Assembly (NCBI GenBank): GCA_964016885.1
Contig: OZ024759.1
Coordinates: forward strand, 16,244,001 to 16,308,000
Source: Eledone cirrhosa
Taxonomy: Eukaryota
DNA length: 64,000 nucleotides
Direction of reading: 5' to 3'
In this document: piece by piece, positions 27,371-42,079 of the stretch
Layout of the letters: each line of letters starts with the position of its first letter
How positions within the stretch are numbered: the stretch's first letter is position 1
Notes under the pieces: model-generated
What the model saw: only the letters and a program-made list of their open reading frames with translations
The model's database searches: none
What the model was told of the DNA's origin: nothing
Translations under genes and position numbers: made by a program

Positions 27371-28452
27371 AGTAGTCATGTACGAGACACAGTAAGAAAG
27401 CTCCCAGTCCACACTGTAAAGTGGTCATGTAGGAGACACATTAAAAAGGCTCCCAGTCCACACTGTAAAGTGGTCATGTAGGAGACACAGTAAAAAGGCT
27501 CCCAATCCACTGTAAAGTGGTCATATAGGAGACACAGTAAAAAGGCTCCCAATCCACTGTAAAGTGGTCATGTAGGAGACACAGTAAAAAGGCTCCTAGT
27601 CCACACTGTTAAGTAGTCATGTAGGTGACACAGTAAAAAGGCTCCCAGTCCACACTGTAAAGTGGTCATGTAGGAGACACGGTAAAAAGGCTCCCAGTCC
27701 ACACTGTAAAGTGGTCATGTAGGAGACACAGTAATAAGGCTCCCAGTCCACACTGTAAAGTGGTCATGTAGGAGTCACAGTAAAAAGGCTCCCAGTCCAC
27801 ACTTTTAAGTGGTCATGTAAGAGACACAGTAAAAAGGCTTCTAGTCCACAGTGTAAAGTAGTCGTGTAGGTGACACAGTAAAAAGGCTCCCAGTCCACAC
27901 TGTAAAGTGATCATGTAGGAGACACAGTAAAATGGCTCCCTGTCCACACTGTAAAGTAGTCATGTACGAGACACAGTAAGAAAGCTCCCAGTCCACACTG
28001 TAAAGTGGTCATGTAGGAGACACATTAAAAAGGCTCCCAGTCCACACTGTAAAGTAGTCATGTAGGAGACACAGTAAAAAGGCTCCCAGTCCACACTGTA
28101 AAGTGGTCATGTAGGAGACACAGTAAAAAGGCTCCCAATCCACTGTAAAGTGGTCATATAGGAGACAGTAAAAAGGCTGCCAGTCCACACTTTAAGGTGG
28201 TCATGTAGGAGACACAGTAAAAAGGCTCCCAATCCACTGTAAAGTGGTCATATAGGAGACACAGTAAAAAGGCTGCCAGTCCACACTGTAAAGTGGTCAT
28301 GTAGGAGACACAGTAAAAAGGCTCCTAGTCCACACTGTTAAGTAGTCATGTAGGTGACACAGTAAAAAGGCTCCCAGTCCACACTGTAAAGTAGTCATGT
28401 AGGAGACACGGTAAAAAGGCTCCCAGTCCACACTGTAAAGTGGTCATGTAGG
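27364..28452. repeat. 49-bp tandem satellite, ~22 monomers
   Basis: Same monomer and same flanks as unit 1. Confidence 0.95.
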
Positions 28453-29976
28453 TGTTACAAAGAAATTAAAAACATGATCATTACTTATTTGAACAGTAAT
28501 ACATCATTTTTTAACTAACAAACTTCAAATAAGTAACAATTGTGTTTTTAATTTCTTTCTTAGTCTCATATTGGTGATAAAAAAGCATGAACTAATAATG
28601 TTTCTACTTTTGGCACAAGGCCAGCAATTACTCCAGTGCATAACTGGTGCTTTATTTTATCGACCCCATAAGGATGAAAGGCAAAGTTACCCAGAACAAC
28701 CTGGTTCTGAGATAATCTTTATTCAAATCTTGGATAATGGCAGGAATTAATTATTATAAATATATATATATATAACAGAGGATGTCTGTCTGTGTGTGTA
28801 AATCCCTAAAACACAAAAAGTACCCGACCAATTTTTTTCAAACTTTGCACATGCGCTACTTATATTTTTAACTTTTTATGCCCTACGACCTGCATTAGGC
28901 GAAAAGCCGCATTTTAAATGCATTTTTAGGGTTTTGGGAAATTTTTCGAAATTTGCAGCACACATTTTTCGATTCCATTAATGGTTTTTAGGAAATTTAC
29001 GAATTAGCATTGGACATTACATGCCATTTTCATTTTCAATATAAACACTACTTAAACATCGTAAGTAGCGTATATTTTGTTAAAAATTTTGTTCATTTAG
29101 CAGAGGACAGAATACTTACTTACTTTTAAGCAGGACCATTTTTGGGGGATTGAGGAAATGAGGAGGACCTTAAAATTTTTGTCGGGGCTTCGTCCTTTCA
29201 TCACGTGCAAATCCGGGCCCTGTGTACGTTGCCGTGTTATTGACACCATAAAACTCACCTCTGTGCTACTTCTACTAAGACCCCTTTTGTTGCACCTATA
29301 CTGCAGCATGAACAGTGGTTGTGCTAATTCTGCAGTGACCCCTTTTGTTGCTGTGTAAATGCAGTGCCACCCAGCATTTGTGCTAATTGCACTATGAACT
29401 CCCTTCTGCTGCAGCTGTGTTGCCACGCTGATTTTGTCATCTCAACATCCCTACGTGGTTTTCACACAATGGACTACGTCACTCCTTCAGACTGACATGT
29501 CTTCCCCATCCGTGACGTAATTCGTGAACAGACTTACAACATACATCGCCCCACAACACCTTCTTAATCCTATTGCATACAGGATTTCCGCAATCAGCAC
29601 ACTGACACTGTTACTCCTGGATTCAGCCTGCATATGTTCCACGTTTCCAGTAGATGAACAATCATTCTCCGAGAATAAGGGATTTCAAAAAGTACACAGC
29701 TACATTCCTCAATCTTTGCATATGCATTTTGCTATTTCACGTTTCCTACTCCGTGCAACGCCGGGTCTTGCTGCTAGTATATATATAATTCGTTTTTGAA
29801 TTTGTTTTGAGAGATTTCTTATCTGAAAACGTGTTGAACAGAGATCGTTATACTTTGGGAGACTCATGTTGTCAATAAAAACACACACCTGTTGGTTTTC
29901 ACTTCAATTTATTATAAATTTCTGGTTGGTTGGTTGATTCGATAACTGGAAGGACAGAACAAAGAAGAGACAAACC

Positions 29977-30021
29977 TTGTCACTGAGGAGGTCACAGAAT
30001 GTGACGAAAGAGCTTTGACAA
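29977..30021 (+). ncRNA. Hammerhead motif family A, unit 3
   Basis: As 14535-14579. Confidence 0.65.
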
Positions 30022-32228
30022 TATATATAAACAACCTTCCAGTTATTCAACCAACCAACCAGACATTTATAATAAATTGAAGTGAAGACCAACAGATGTG
30101 TGTGTTTTTATTGGCAATATGACCCTCCCATAGTATAACTATATATATATATATAAATCTGAAATGATGTATCGGAGAAGTCAGGAAAATTAAACCTTGT
30201 GCATATCAACCCTGATGGGACTTGAACCCACAATCTTCGGCTCTGAAGGCTTATTATTATTATTTTTAAAAATTAAATAGGAAAGCGGGGTCTTTGGAGT
30301 GAGGTTACTCGATACAGTAGTGTGTAGTTTGGAGATGAGAGTCAGTCCAGGTAGAGCTGCTACTTCTCCAAATTGAGAAATCACAGCTCCAGTATTATGG
30401 GTATGTGGTTAGAATGTTTCAGGAAAGAATTGCTGGACATATTTACAGGCAAAACCAACCTCCTGGGGACCAAGGGACAGACCCTAAGCAAGATGGTTGG
30501 ATAACATCCATGAGCTTGGCTGATCTCGCTTGGGGATCCAGCAGGATCAATTGGAGACGGAAGTAGTGTTTGAGGACTCTATCTCCATGACCCTCTCAGG
30601 AATAAATGGTCGAAGAAGAAAAAGAAGCAAAAATGTTTTAAATCATATGATTTAATATTAAAGAAAGTTGGTATACAGTAATTTACAGATATTGCCAGAA
30701 ATGTCATGTTCTCTGGCGAATATTTACGAAGATAACCAGGACTGCAAGTCTCTGCTTCAGATAAAATATTGAATTATTATTATTTAATATATTTATTATA
30801 CTTAGATATCAATCAATGTTGTAGAATTTGTATACATACATCATATGATGGCTGCCCCCTCGTTATCGAGTATGGCCATTGCACGAAAAAAAAAAAACAA
30901 CACACATATTAATAATTAACTGCGCTGCAACCGAATGTGGCTTTTTAGCCAAGCCAATTATCTAAAATATCTTGCAGGGTTGGCAACCAAAACATTCACT
31001 GGTAACAGCCGGCTGTGGTTGGACTTCATGTACTTTTGCATGTCGTTTGAGCCCTTCTGCTGATCTACACTCTTTTCCACATGCTTGACAGGTATGATGA
31101 GTAGCATCTCTGACAGCAGCCTGGTAGGCAACCACTGGTCTCACTTTATTAGAGCGAAGATGACTTTCGAGTCAAGCTTTGCTGAGGCAGAGTCTTGCAC
31201 AGACGCTGCATGTCAGCGTCATAGAAGGACCTTTGTTGTCTGGAAATGTAACAGCAATGGCTTTCCTAACATCCCTTTTTACTTTCTCGTATGCGATTCG
31301 AGATGCTTCAAAAGCAACTTTCTCCTCATTTACACTCTTTCTCCATTTATTATGATCAGCAGCTACGCTTTCCCATGTATCAGCAGAGTTGTTAGCGTCT
31401 TTCAAGGAGGCTTTCAACAAATCCTTATACCTCTTTTTTGGTTTATGTGGAGGTCGTTTCCCTTTAACTAACTCTCCATAAAAAGAGTTCTTTTGGTATT
31501 CTAGAATCTTTAAGGTGGTGTCAATATGTGACCCAGGTCTCGCAGGCATAAAGAAGAGAAGAGAGCATACATGATTTGTACACCTTTGTCTTGCCAACCC
31601 CAGAGGCGCCTTTCTAGCTTTCCCAATCCTGAGTGGAATTTCATTATCAACATTGCTGTATTAATTGACAGTGCTTCCCAGGTAGACAAACTGATCAACC
31701 ACTCTAAGTCGTTTACCATACACATAGATATTTCGTTCACTGTACTGCTTAGTGAGCATCTTATTTCCATGAGAATTCCGTTGGACAAAGGAAGGTATGC
31801 AACCCTGGTGAGTGTGTATACTCCAACTATGAATTCTGTTGATGAGGAAAAGTATCTTTCTACCATGCTTTGAAAGGTGTTATAAGAAATATCCCTCAGG
31901 TAGACAAGGTAATCGTGCAGGGTGACATTAATGCTAGAGTGGGTACAGATTTTAACATGTGGACTGTATTCGGAAGGCTACAGCCAGCCATTCAGTTGAG
32001 AAAAAAATCTTATAAATAATAACATTATCAATAATTATTAATTAGTGTTATCATGCAATGCCCATGCGTGAAGATTTTCAAACATACATATATATGCATA
32101 CAGAGACCTGATTTGAGATAGAACTCATCAGATTGGACCAAGTCTTTCCCATTGTTAATACTATCTACAGGTTGCAACTCAACTCCGGTATATATGTTAT
32201 CATAGAATGACTTTTGAAATAGGGACTG

Positions 32229-34796
32229 TTAGCCTTCAGTATGAGGACATACATGTTTAATTAAGTGACTTGTTTGAGAAAATGATTTACCACAGATATC
32301 ACAATGATATGGTCTCTCTCCTGTATGAATGTGTTTGTGTGTAGTCAAGTGACCTGATGCAGAGAAAGATTTACCACAGATATCACAATGATATGGTTTC
32401 TCTCCAGTATGAATGCGTTTGTGTTTCGTTAAGATATCTGATACAGAGAAAGATTTACCACAGATATCACAGTGATATGGTTTCTCTCCTGTATGAATGC
32501 GTTTGTGTGTAGTCAAGTAACCTGATGTAGAGAAAGATTTACCACAGATATCACAATGATATGGTTTCTCTCCTGTATGAATGCGTTTGTGTTTAGTTAA
32601 GTCACCTGATTGAGAGAAAGATTTACCACAGATATCACAATGATATGGTTTCTCTCCTGTATGAATGCGTTTGTGTGTAGTCAAGTAACCTGATGTAGAG
32701 AAAGATTTACCACAGATATCACAATTATATGGTTTCTCTCCTGTATGAATGCGTTTGTGTGTAGTCAAGTATCTTGATTTAGAGAAAGATTCACCACAGA
32801 TATCACAGTGATATGGTTTCTCTCCTGTATGAATGCGTTTGTGTGTAGTCAAGTGACCTGATGCAGAGAAAGATTTACCACAGAATTCACAGTGATATGG
32901 TTTCTCTCCTGTATGAATGCATTTGTGTTTAGTCAAGTGACCTGATACAGAGAAAGATTTACCACAGATATCACAATGATATGGTCTCTCTCCTGTATGA
33001 ATGCGTTTGTGTTTAATTAAGACACCTGATGCAGAGAAAGATTTACCACAGATATCACAATGATATGGTTTCTCTCCTGTATGAATGCGTTTGTGTTTAG
33101 TTAAATCACTTGATGTAGAGGAAGATTTACCACAGATATCACAGTGATATGGTCTCTCTCCTGTATGACTACGTTTGTGTTTAGTCAAGTGACCTGATAC
33201 AGAGAAAGATTTACCACAGATATCACAGTGATGTGGTTTCTCTCCTGTATGAATGCGCATGTGTGTAGTCAAATGACCTGATTCAGAGAAAGATTTACCA
33301 CAGATATCACAATGATATGGTTTCTCTCCTGTATGAATGCGTTTGTGTGTAGTCAAGTAACCTGATGTAGAGAAAGATTTACCACAGATATCACAATTAT
33401 ATGGTTTCTCTCCTGTATGAATGCGTTTGTGTGTAGTCAAGTAACCTGATGTAGAGAAAGATTTACCACAGATATCACAATTATATGGTTTCTCTCCTGT
33501 ATGAATGCGTTTGTGTGTAGTCAAATGACCTGATTCAGAGAAAGATTTACCACAGATATCACAATGATATGGTTTCTCTCCTGTATGAATGCGTTTGTGT
33601 TTAGTCAAGTAACCTGATTTAGAGAAAGATTTACCACAGATATCACAGTGATATGGTTTATCTCCTGTATGAATGCGTTTGTGACTAGTCAAATCACTAG
33701 ATACAGAGAAAGATTTACCACAGATATCACAATGATATGGTTTCTCTCCTGTATGAATGCGTTTGTGTCTAGTTAAGCCACTTGATACAGAGAATGATTT
33801 ACCACAGATATTACAGTGATATGGTTTCTCTCCTGTATGAATGCGTTTGTGCCTAGGTAAGTCCCTTCGTCTACAGAAAGATTTACCACAGATATCACAG
33901 CAATGTGGTCTCTCTCCTGTATGAATGCGTTTGTGTCTAGTTAATTCAGCTAATATAGAGAATGATTTACCACAGATATTACAGTGATATGGTTTCTCTC
34001 CTGTATGAATGCATTTATGTTTAGTTAAACTACCTGATGCAGACAATTTACCACAGACATCACAATGATATGGTTTCTCTCCTGTATGAATGCGTTTGTG
34101 TGTAGTCAAGTAACCTGATGTAGAGAAAGATTTACCACAGATATCACAATGATATGGTTTCTCTCCTGTATGAATGCGTTTGTGTGTAGTCAAGTAACCT
34201 GATGTAGAGAAAGATTTACCACAGATATCACAATGATATGGTTTCTCTCCTGTATGAATGCGTTTGTGTGTAGTCAAGTAACCTGATGTAGAGAAAGATT
34301 TACCACAGATATCACAATGATATGGTTTCTCTCCTGTATGAATGCGTTTGTGAGTTGTTAGGGTGTGTGTTCTAGAGAAAGATTCACCACAGATATCACA
34401 GTGATATGGTTTATCTCCTGTATGAATGCGTTTGTGTCTAGTTAAGCCACTTGATACAGAGAATGATTTACCACAGATATCACAGTGATATGGTTTATCT
34501 CCTGTATGAATGCGTTTGTGACTAGTCAAGTCACTTGATACAGAGAAAGATTTACCACAGATATCACAATGATATGGTTTCTCTCCTGTATGAATGCGTT
34601 TGTGTCTAGTTAAGCCACTTGATACAGAGAATGATTTACCACAGATATTACAGTGATATGGTTTCTCTCCTGTATGAATGCATTTATGTTTAGTTAAACT
34701 ACCTGATGCAGACAATTTACCACAGACATCACAATGATATGGATTCTCTCCCATATTAATACGTTTATGGGCAGTGAAGTTACCTCTTGTAGACAT
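32229..34796 (-). CDS. Tandem C2H2 zinc-finger protein, copy 3 (30 fingers)
   Basis: 887-aa ORF. Two fingers have a 1-codon deletion ([16 protein letters not shown]). First in-frame ATG at 34796. Confidence 0.85.
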   Translation of the reverse strand: MSTRGNFTAHKRINMGENPYHCDVCGKLSASGSLTKHKCIHTGEKPYHCNICGKSFSVSSGLTRHKRIHTGEKPYHCDICGKSFSVSSDLTSHKRIHTGDKPYHCDICGKSFSVSSGLTRHKRIHTGDKPYHCDICGESFSRTHTLTTHKRIHTGEKPYHCDICGKSFSTSGYLTTHKRIHTGEKPYHCDICGKSFSTSGYLTTHKRIHTGEKPYHCDICGKSFSTSGYLTTHKRIHTGEKPYHCDVCGKLSASGSLTKHKCIHTGEKPYHCNICGKSFSILAELTRHKRIHTGERPHCCDICGKSFCRRRDLPRHKRIHTGEKPYHCNICGKSFSVSSGLTRHKRIHTGEKPYHCDICGKSFSVSSDLTSHKRIHTGDKPYHCDICGKSFSKSGYLTKHKRIHTGEKPYHCDICGKSFSESGHLTTHKRIHTGEKPYNCDICGKSFSTSGYLTTHKRIHTGEKPYNCDICGKSFSTSGYLTTHKRIHTGEKPYHCDICGKSFSESGHLTTHMRIHTGEKPHHCDICGKSFSVSGHLTKHKRSHTGERPYHCDICGKSSSTSSDLTKHKRIHTGEKPYHCDICGKSFSASGVLIKHKRIHTGERPYHCDICGKSFSVSGHLTKHKCIHTGEKPYHCEFCGKSFSASGHLTTHKRIHTGEKPYHCDICGESFSKSRYLTTHKRIHTGEKPYNCDICGKSFSTSGYLTTHKRIHTGEKPYHCDICGKSFSQSGDLTKHKRIHTGEKPYHCDICGKSFSTSGYLTTHKRIHTGEKPYHCDICGKSFSVSDILTKHKRIHTGEKPYHCDICGKSFSASGHLTTHKHIHTGERPYHCDICGKSFSQTSHLIKHVCPHTEG

Positions 34797-35708
34797 TTTA
34801 CATATAACACAGTGATACAGCTTCTTTCTAGTGTGAATAGATTTGTGAGTAGTTAAATTATTGGACACAGAATGATTTATCACAGATATCACAGTGATAT
34901 AGCTTCTCTCCTGTGTGAATACGTTTGTGAATTGTTAGATTATGTTTTAGTGAACGACTTCTTACAGATAAGCAATGATAGGATGCTTTTTCTATCTCTT
35001 TCAACACCTCATCAGGGAAATCATTCTTTCCAGAATGATTCTCACATTTCCATAATTTGTCTTCTCTCACCTCACAATAAATATATAATCCTTTACATCT
35101 TATTATTAACAAATATTTCTATTGTCATATTTCCACCAGTTGCGAATGATGTTGATACCTGAAGACAAGGAAGACACTATTGTATTATAATTGGATTTCC
35201 AAACAGTGAAATAAAAAAGATTTGGCTATGAATCTTCCCGAGGGTAAATACTCCAAAGATTTATATAAAGGATTTTATATCTCTTCTGGTCTTTAAAAGA
35301 TGATAAATATTCATGATTATACCAATGTTATCCAATACTCTGAAATAAGAAAGAAACAGTATAAGATATAAAGGTTACTTTAAAGTAGAAATTTAATGGT
35401 GGAAATAATACCACATTTCAATATTAATGGGAATTGTTGATATAATTTATATCAACATTATATATTATTTATATTAACTCTTTTGTGTTCAGGGGAAATT
35501 TTATATTATAAACCTTCCCCTGAACACAAAAGAGTTAGGACTCCTCCTCAGTTGTGTCCAAGACATGCCAACCTCCCTATTGCAGATGCCATGATAAAAT
35601 GCAATACACATATATACACATTATATATACTCTCGGGTCCCAAATAATAGGGGGAGGGGTTAGAAAATCGCAAATTTTTTTAGGTTGTCTCCACGATTAA
35701 TCCAGATC

Positions 35709-36992
35709 CATGAGAAGAATTAGCCACTATAGTTAGCTTTTGTTGATCTGGAGAAGGCCTTTGATAGAGTACCCCGATCTGTCATCTGGTGGTCCCTAAG
35801 GAAACTAGGTGTAGAGCAATGGCTTGTGAGGACACTGCAAGCCATGTACAGGGGTGCTGTCAGTAAAGTGAGAATAGGAATGGAGTTTAGTGAGGAATTC
35901 CAGATACAAGTAGGTGTACATCAAGATTCTGTCCTCAGCCCACTCTTGTTCATTATAGTCCTCCAAGCCATAACAGAGGAGTTTAAAACTGGATGCCCAT
36001 GGAAACTTCGCTATGCTGATGATCTGGTTCTTATAGCAGAATCAGTAAAGGAGCTAGAGAATAAATTCTGGCTATGGAAACAGCAGTTGCAATCAAGAGG
36101 AGTGAGAGTGAACATAGCTAAGACAAAAGTGTTGATAAATAGAAGAGAGCACAATACTCTGATTCCATCAGGGAAATGGCCATGTTCGATATGTAGGAAA
36201 GCAACTGGCATAAATTCCATAAAATGTACACAATGGAGATCTTGGGTACACAACAGATGTAGTGGGATAGCAGGCAAAGTAACAGGCAGGGAAAACTATG
36301 TATGCAGTAGATGTACAGGGAAAGTTGGCAGTAGTAATCGCTGTGATAGACTTGTTTTTCCAATGCAGGTGGGTTATAGAAGTGGTTGATAGCTTCCAGT
36401 ACCTAGGTGATCAGATTAGCATGGGAGCGGGGGTGTTCCGAGGCCATAGTATCTAGAATAAGGACGGGTTGGAAGAAGTTTAGGGAGTTGCTTCCTCTGT
36501 TGACAAAGAAGGGTTTCTCCCTGTGTATGAAAGGACGGTTATATGATGCCTGTGTGAGATGCGCGATGCTGCATGGTAGTGAGACATGGGCAGCAACTGC
36601 AGAAGATATAAGACGGCTGGAGAGAAATGAAGCAAGTATGCTCCGTTGGATGTGCGCGAACGACCAAGCATAGACGAGTTGAGAAAGAAACTGGGTGTAA
36701 GAGGGATAAGTTGTGGTGTGCAGGAGAGAAGGCTGAGATGGTATGGACATGTGATGCGCATGGAGGATGACCGATGGGTGAAGAAGTGCCAGGAATTCCC
36801 AGTGGAGGGAAGACGCAGTAGAGGTAGATCACATAAAACATGGGCGGAGGTGGTGAGAGCAGACCTCAGATTGCTGAAACTCACCGAGGAGATGACGAAG
36901 GACCATGACAAGTGGAGGGATGCTGTGCTGAATAGGACCCATCCAACCCTTGTAAGCAGGGAAAAGCGAACGTAAAATGATGATGATGATGA
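35709..36992 (+). mobile_element. RTE-clade LINE fragment, unit 3
   Basis: Paralogue; retains 22 bp deleted in units 1 and 2. Confidence 0.9.
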
Positions 36993-38414
36993 TATGGAAG
37001 CGGGTGGCCTAGTGGTAAGGGTATTGGACTTCTGACCATAACGTTATGGATTCAATTCCTGGACTGGGTTGTGTGTTGAGTTCTTGAGCAAAACATGTTT
37101 GGACCATATCCTTGTGGTTGTGTTTATAGAAAATTATTTATTTCCCATTGCAATTTTTCATAACATTAGATGATTTGCAATATTTAGCAAAACATTTCAT
37201 TTCACTTTACTACTACTGTTACAAATACGAAAGTTACTACTACTTCTATAGTAATTTTGGTGTGATGTATACGTCTGTCTCGATAAGATAACTACCAGAT
37301 TTGAAAAAAAAAAAAAAGAAATTAGTAAACGTCAATATTATCGAGTAAACCACTCATGGTGTTGCTTGACCTGTCTCATGCAAATGAAACGGAAAGACGG
37401 CAGCACACCGGTGTGGTGTCTCTGTCAATTTGTCCGCAGGGCACGACTGAGGCTCCGCTCAAACTGGGGTGCAGTGTCTGTCCCTTCCACATTGCTCCCT
37501 TTAATAGTGTTTTGTATTTATTAGATTTTTCTCAATTATTTTTATGTAGTAATTTACTTATTAAAAAAAAAGTAATGGTTTCTAATTTAAGGACCAGGCC
37601 AACAATTTTAGGGAAGGGGCTAAGTCGTTTAAACAGACCCAAATGCGTTGCGGGTACTTTATTTTATCGACCGCGTAATAATAATTATTATTAAATAAGA
37701 AAAATTTGAAGGGAAGTAAATCTTGTTGCATATTGAAGAAGGACAGCACGACTTCTTTCCCTTTGATTGTTATTCTAATCTGTTTAAAAGTAACTTCACT
37801 ACATAAAACCATTTCCGTCGCTAATTTTCTCCTTTTTCATAACATTTTAGTTTATTATATAAATCGTCTTTTTTTAATGTATCATCGATTACTTTACTGA
37901 TTACAGAAGAGAGTATAACACTTCGTTCAATTTCTGCGCATATTGTCAATTACGATTTCATTTTTACATGTATATATACTTGAGTATAATATAATTATGC
38001 ACAGTACACGTGCTAGCAGAAAACCAGCTGGGGAGTGGACTTTCTGCTAGTATATATAATGCTTTTGTTTGTATGTGTGTGTGACTGTGTATATATGTAT
38101 GGGTGTGATCTCGTACATTGCTTCTCGCTCAATTTAATACTTACATATATATATATATCAATATAGTCAGAATTTCGGTAGATGGCGTCCCTCAGAGAAA
38201 ATAGGAAGTGACAAACGTTTCGTTACATCTATTTTCTTTCTTTTCTGTCGTTTTTACGTCGTAAGTCCATAAACCACGGTGATCCATAGAAGAAACAACA
38301 CCATTTATTCGGCCGCCTCTGTATCAAGAACAGAAAATCTTTTTCCGAGAAATTATTCGATTCTTCCAAATTTATAGGCTTTTGTGGGGTAACTTTCAAT
38401 GTTCTTATGTCTTT

Positions 38415-38476
38415 ACGGCCTGAAGAGCTCAGGCTATCATAACTGATAGTCCTCGGTGAAATATGTATATCGGCGT
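38415..38476 (+). ncRNA. Hammerhead motif family B, unit 3
   Basis: Identical core and stems. Confidence 0.65.
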
Positions 38477-39327
38477 TTTAAATAAACCTGAATCAACTGA
38501 ATATGGCCTCCGATCTTTTAATATATATATATATAATGTATGTGTGTGTGTTTGTATGTATATATGTATATGTTTTTGTGTATATATATATGTGTGTATA
38601 TCTATATATATTTATTTTAATAATTCCAAGGTGTTTGTGGAATTATAATAGAAGAGGTAATCATCAAAATACAACAGAGAGGAATTAGACATCTTAGCAC
38701 AACTGCCAACATTTTAATATACTTCTGCGTAAGGATTCTATTTTTACGACTATGTTGTGCGGTCCTGTTTTAGTTTGTTTGGTAAAAGGAAAACAGACTA
38801 ATTAAAATTTGTATAAGCAGTTTAATGACTGAAAGTAGTAAAAAAATGTTTAAGTACAAATACAGTCCCGTAAATTAAAATTAAAATCAAAATTAAAATT
38901 AAATTCTCAGGCCGCAGCACAACTGTAAAATAAATAATATTCTTCCGCAGGCTACGAAACAAAGAAGTACTCGAAGTTCTTCAAAAATTTAATGTTTTCA
39001 GGCTTTTCTTTTTCTTTTCGTTGTCATCCTGTATGTCAACTTTGATCATCCCGAAGGATTCTGAGTGATTGAACATTCGACAACATTGATACATGTCAAT
39101 TAATCAATCGAGAGTGTCTGATGTACTCAACAGATGCCGTTAATGTTTCATTCATTGTTGTTTATCAACCAAAAGCTTCGTGTTGTTCATTCCTTGTACG
39201 TCTTTTACAGAGCAGCTTTTTTGAAATACGAGCGAGACACGGTCAACCGACCAATCTTGCCTTAAGTGGGACAATTCCCGTCTAACCCATGGTAGCGTGG
39301 AAGATAGACGTTAAACGATGATGGTGA

Positions 39328-39375
<48 letters not shown>

Positions 39376-39611
39376 TGTTATACTTGGGGAGGGTCATATT
39401 TGTGTAATATTGCCAGAATTAATATATATATACGCACACACTCATATATATATATATATATATATATATGTATACACATAATATTAAGGATGCTATTTAT
39501 AGTTATGTATATTTTAAACTATAAACAGGGAAGGTCAGTAATTTATTACTACCTTATTACCAGTAAGATAAATAGCTCAATGTAAGAATATCAGTTGTTC
39601 TACAGAGCAGT

Positions 39612-40240
39612 TATATAGAATTCACAAGAATCAAAGCTATGTTCAAAGCATTTATTCACTTACAATTGTTTCATCCAAACCTAGGCTTGGAGTCTTCGGG
39701 GCATTTTTCAATGCTTGTACATATAATTGACCGCCTATCCAACGCACGAGACATACAGATACATATATATATATATTGATGTACAGTGGAGTGACATATT
39801 TCACTTTACTATATTTGTACAGCAATTCAAATTTAAAATCAAAATTAAAATACATGCGGCAGATAACACAGATAATGCAAGAGGATAGTTTGATAATCAG
39901 ATCTAGTAGATAGTGTATGCGTTAGTCATACATGGTGCATGCAAGTGTGTCTCATTTATATACGAGTATTGTGTGGCAAGGTGTTACATGTATTGCAACC
40001 ACTTTAAGCGGGTAAGCAAGAGTATTATGGTGGTTGTAGTGGGAGAGTATTTTTTGTATAGATCAAAAAAGTATGTGTGCAGAAAAAGAAAAAGAAAGCT
40101 ATAGTTTTCGCATCCACCACCATTTTCACATTCAGAAAAAGGAAGTTATAGTTTTCACATCCATCACATTGGTTTGGATGAAACAATTGTAAGTGAATAA
40201 ATGCTTTGAACATAGCTTTGATTCTTGTGAATTCTATATA
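39612..40240. repeat. 70-bp perfect inverted repeat with ~490-bp spacer, unit-3-specific
   Basis: 39612-39681 is the exact reverse complement of 40171-40240. Confidence 0.9.
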
Positions 40241-40300
40241 TACACATATATATGTATATATATATATATATATATACACATATATATATATATATATATA

Positions 40301-40535
40301 TCATCACCATCATCATCGTTTAACGTCCATCTTCCATGCTAGCATGGGTTAGGCAGGATTGATAAGGTGACCGTGTCTCGTTCGTACGGAAGTGTCTCTG
40401 GCAACTTTTCTATGGCTGGATGCCCTTCCTAACACTAACCACATTTACAGTGTGTACTGGGAGCCTTTTTACCGTGTCTTGTACACAACCACCTTACAGT
40501 GTGGACTAGGTGCCTTTTGTTGTGTCATTGACACG
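40301..40535 (-). mobile_element. SINE body and RTE-derived tail, unit-3-specific
   Basis: Minus strand ...ttaggaagggcatccagccatag...aacccatgctagcatggaagatggacgttaaacgatgatgatg. The tail matches the LINE 3' end at 6530-6575 and the tail at 8790-8838. Confidence 0.75.
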
Positions 40536-40714
40536 GTGGACGGAAATGGAAGGATGGGATAGGGTGTGTGGGGTGGGGGTGTATATTGGGTTAAGAGGTA
40601 CCTACTGACTAGGTTTGTATGCAAGGGAAGGCGGGTCTTCTGTACAACTGTATGATGCCAAAGATCTCGATCCAGTGATATTGTCTTAGAGAGATATAAA
40701 TGAGCATGCTCAGT

Positions 40715-41806
40715 TTTTGTCGCCTCTCATTTCGGTTATGCTTTGCTGTTCACGCACATTACTATTACACATCCATCGGAGCATGCAAGCTTCATTTCTT
40801 TCTAATCCATGCAAGTCTTCAGTACACAAAGCCCAGGTCTCACTACCATGTAATATCGCCGTTCGTATACAAGCATCATGCAATCTGCCTTTCATCTTTA
40901 GAGAAAAACATCTTGTGGCCAACAGCGGTATTAGCTCTCTGTACTTTTCCCATCCCTCAGGCTACTACACTTTCAGAGAACCCTCCACCATTGCTGATTT
41001 TGTCACCCAGGTAATGTTAAGTGTCTATTTCTATAGAACCAGCTAGGCAGTTAAAGGAGATAGCATGCAGAGGATCATTGCTACTTACTGCACCTGAGCA
41101 TCGGCCTCATATAAAATCTACATTCTTAGATAACTTACCTGTGATCCCATTACATCTTTTATGTACCCATAGTTTGCATTTGGGGCATAGAATTCAATTT
41201 CTACCTACTCCTTTCTTACACACTGAGCATGGCCATTTCCCAGAGGGCACCTGTGCCCTATTCTCCTTTCTACATACTAGAACTTTAGTCTTAGACAAGT
41301 TAACTCTGAGGCCTTTTGATTCTAGGCTATGTTTCCATGTCTGGAACTTCTTCTCTAGTTCAGCCATGGATTCAGCTATGAGAGTTAGATCATCTGCATA
41401 TAGAAGTTCCCATGGGCAGCCGGTCTTAAACCCTTCTGTTATAGCCTGTAGGACAATAATAAATAGGAGGGGGCTAAGGACGGAGCCCTGGTGAACCCCT
41501 ACTATTACGCTTAATTCTTCACTATATTCATTGTTAAGTCTAACCTTGCTGACTGTTCCTCTATATATGGCTTGTATAGCTCTCACAAGCCATTTCTACT
41601 CCTAGTTTTCTAAGAGCCCACCAGATTAAGGTGTGTGGGACTCTGTCAAAGGCTTTCTTCAAGTCAACAAAAGCTAAGTAGAGGAGTTTACTGTTAGCTA
41701 GGTACTTCTCCTGTAGTTGCCGTACAAGGAAAAGAGCATCCGTGGTGCTTTTACCTGGCACAAACCCAAACTGCATTTCATCTAGATCAATTCGGTTCCT
41801 AATTGT
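40715..41806 (-). mobile_element. RTE-clade LINE RT fragment, unit 3 (shorter 3' end)
   Basis: Paralogue with a different junction and more divergence over 40715-41070. Confidence 0.88.
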
Positions 41807-42079
41807 GGTTAGGAGGAGAAGGATGGATATAAATCTGTATTTTGAAGTGTCTGCTATATCTTATACTGTTTCTTTATCATTTCAGAATATCTGATGACAC
41901 TGGGATAAATGAACTACACCATTGACATCAGCGTGATTTGAACTCAGAGCACAGACTACCAGAGTAAATACCGTAAAGCATTTCTATCTGTCATTCTGAC
42001 TCTTTACTGACTAAGAAATAAGAAATATAGAAGAAGAAATATTTAAGAATAAAGTATCAAAACAAAGAGAGGAAAAATT

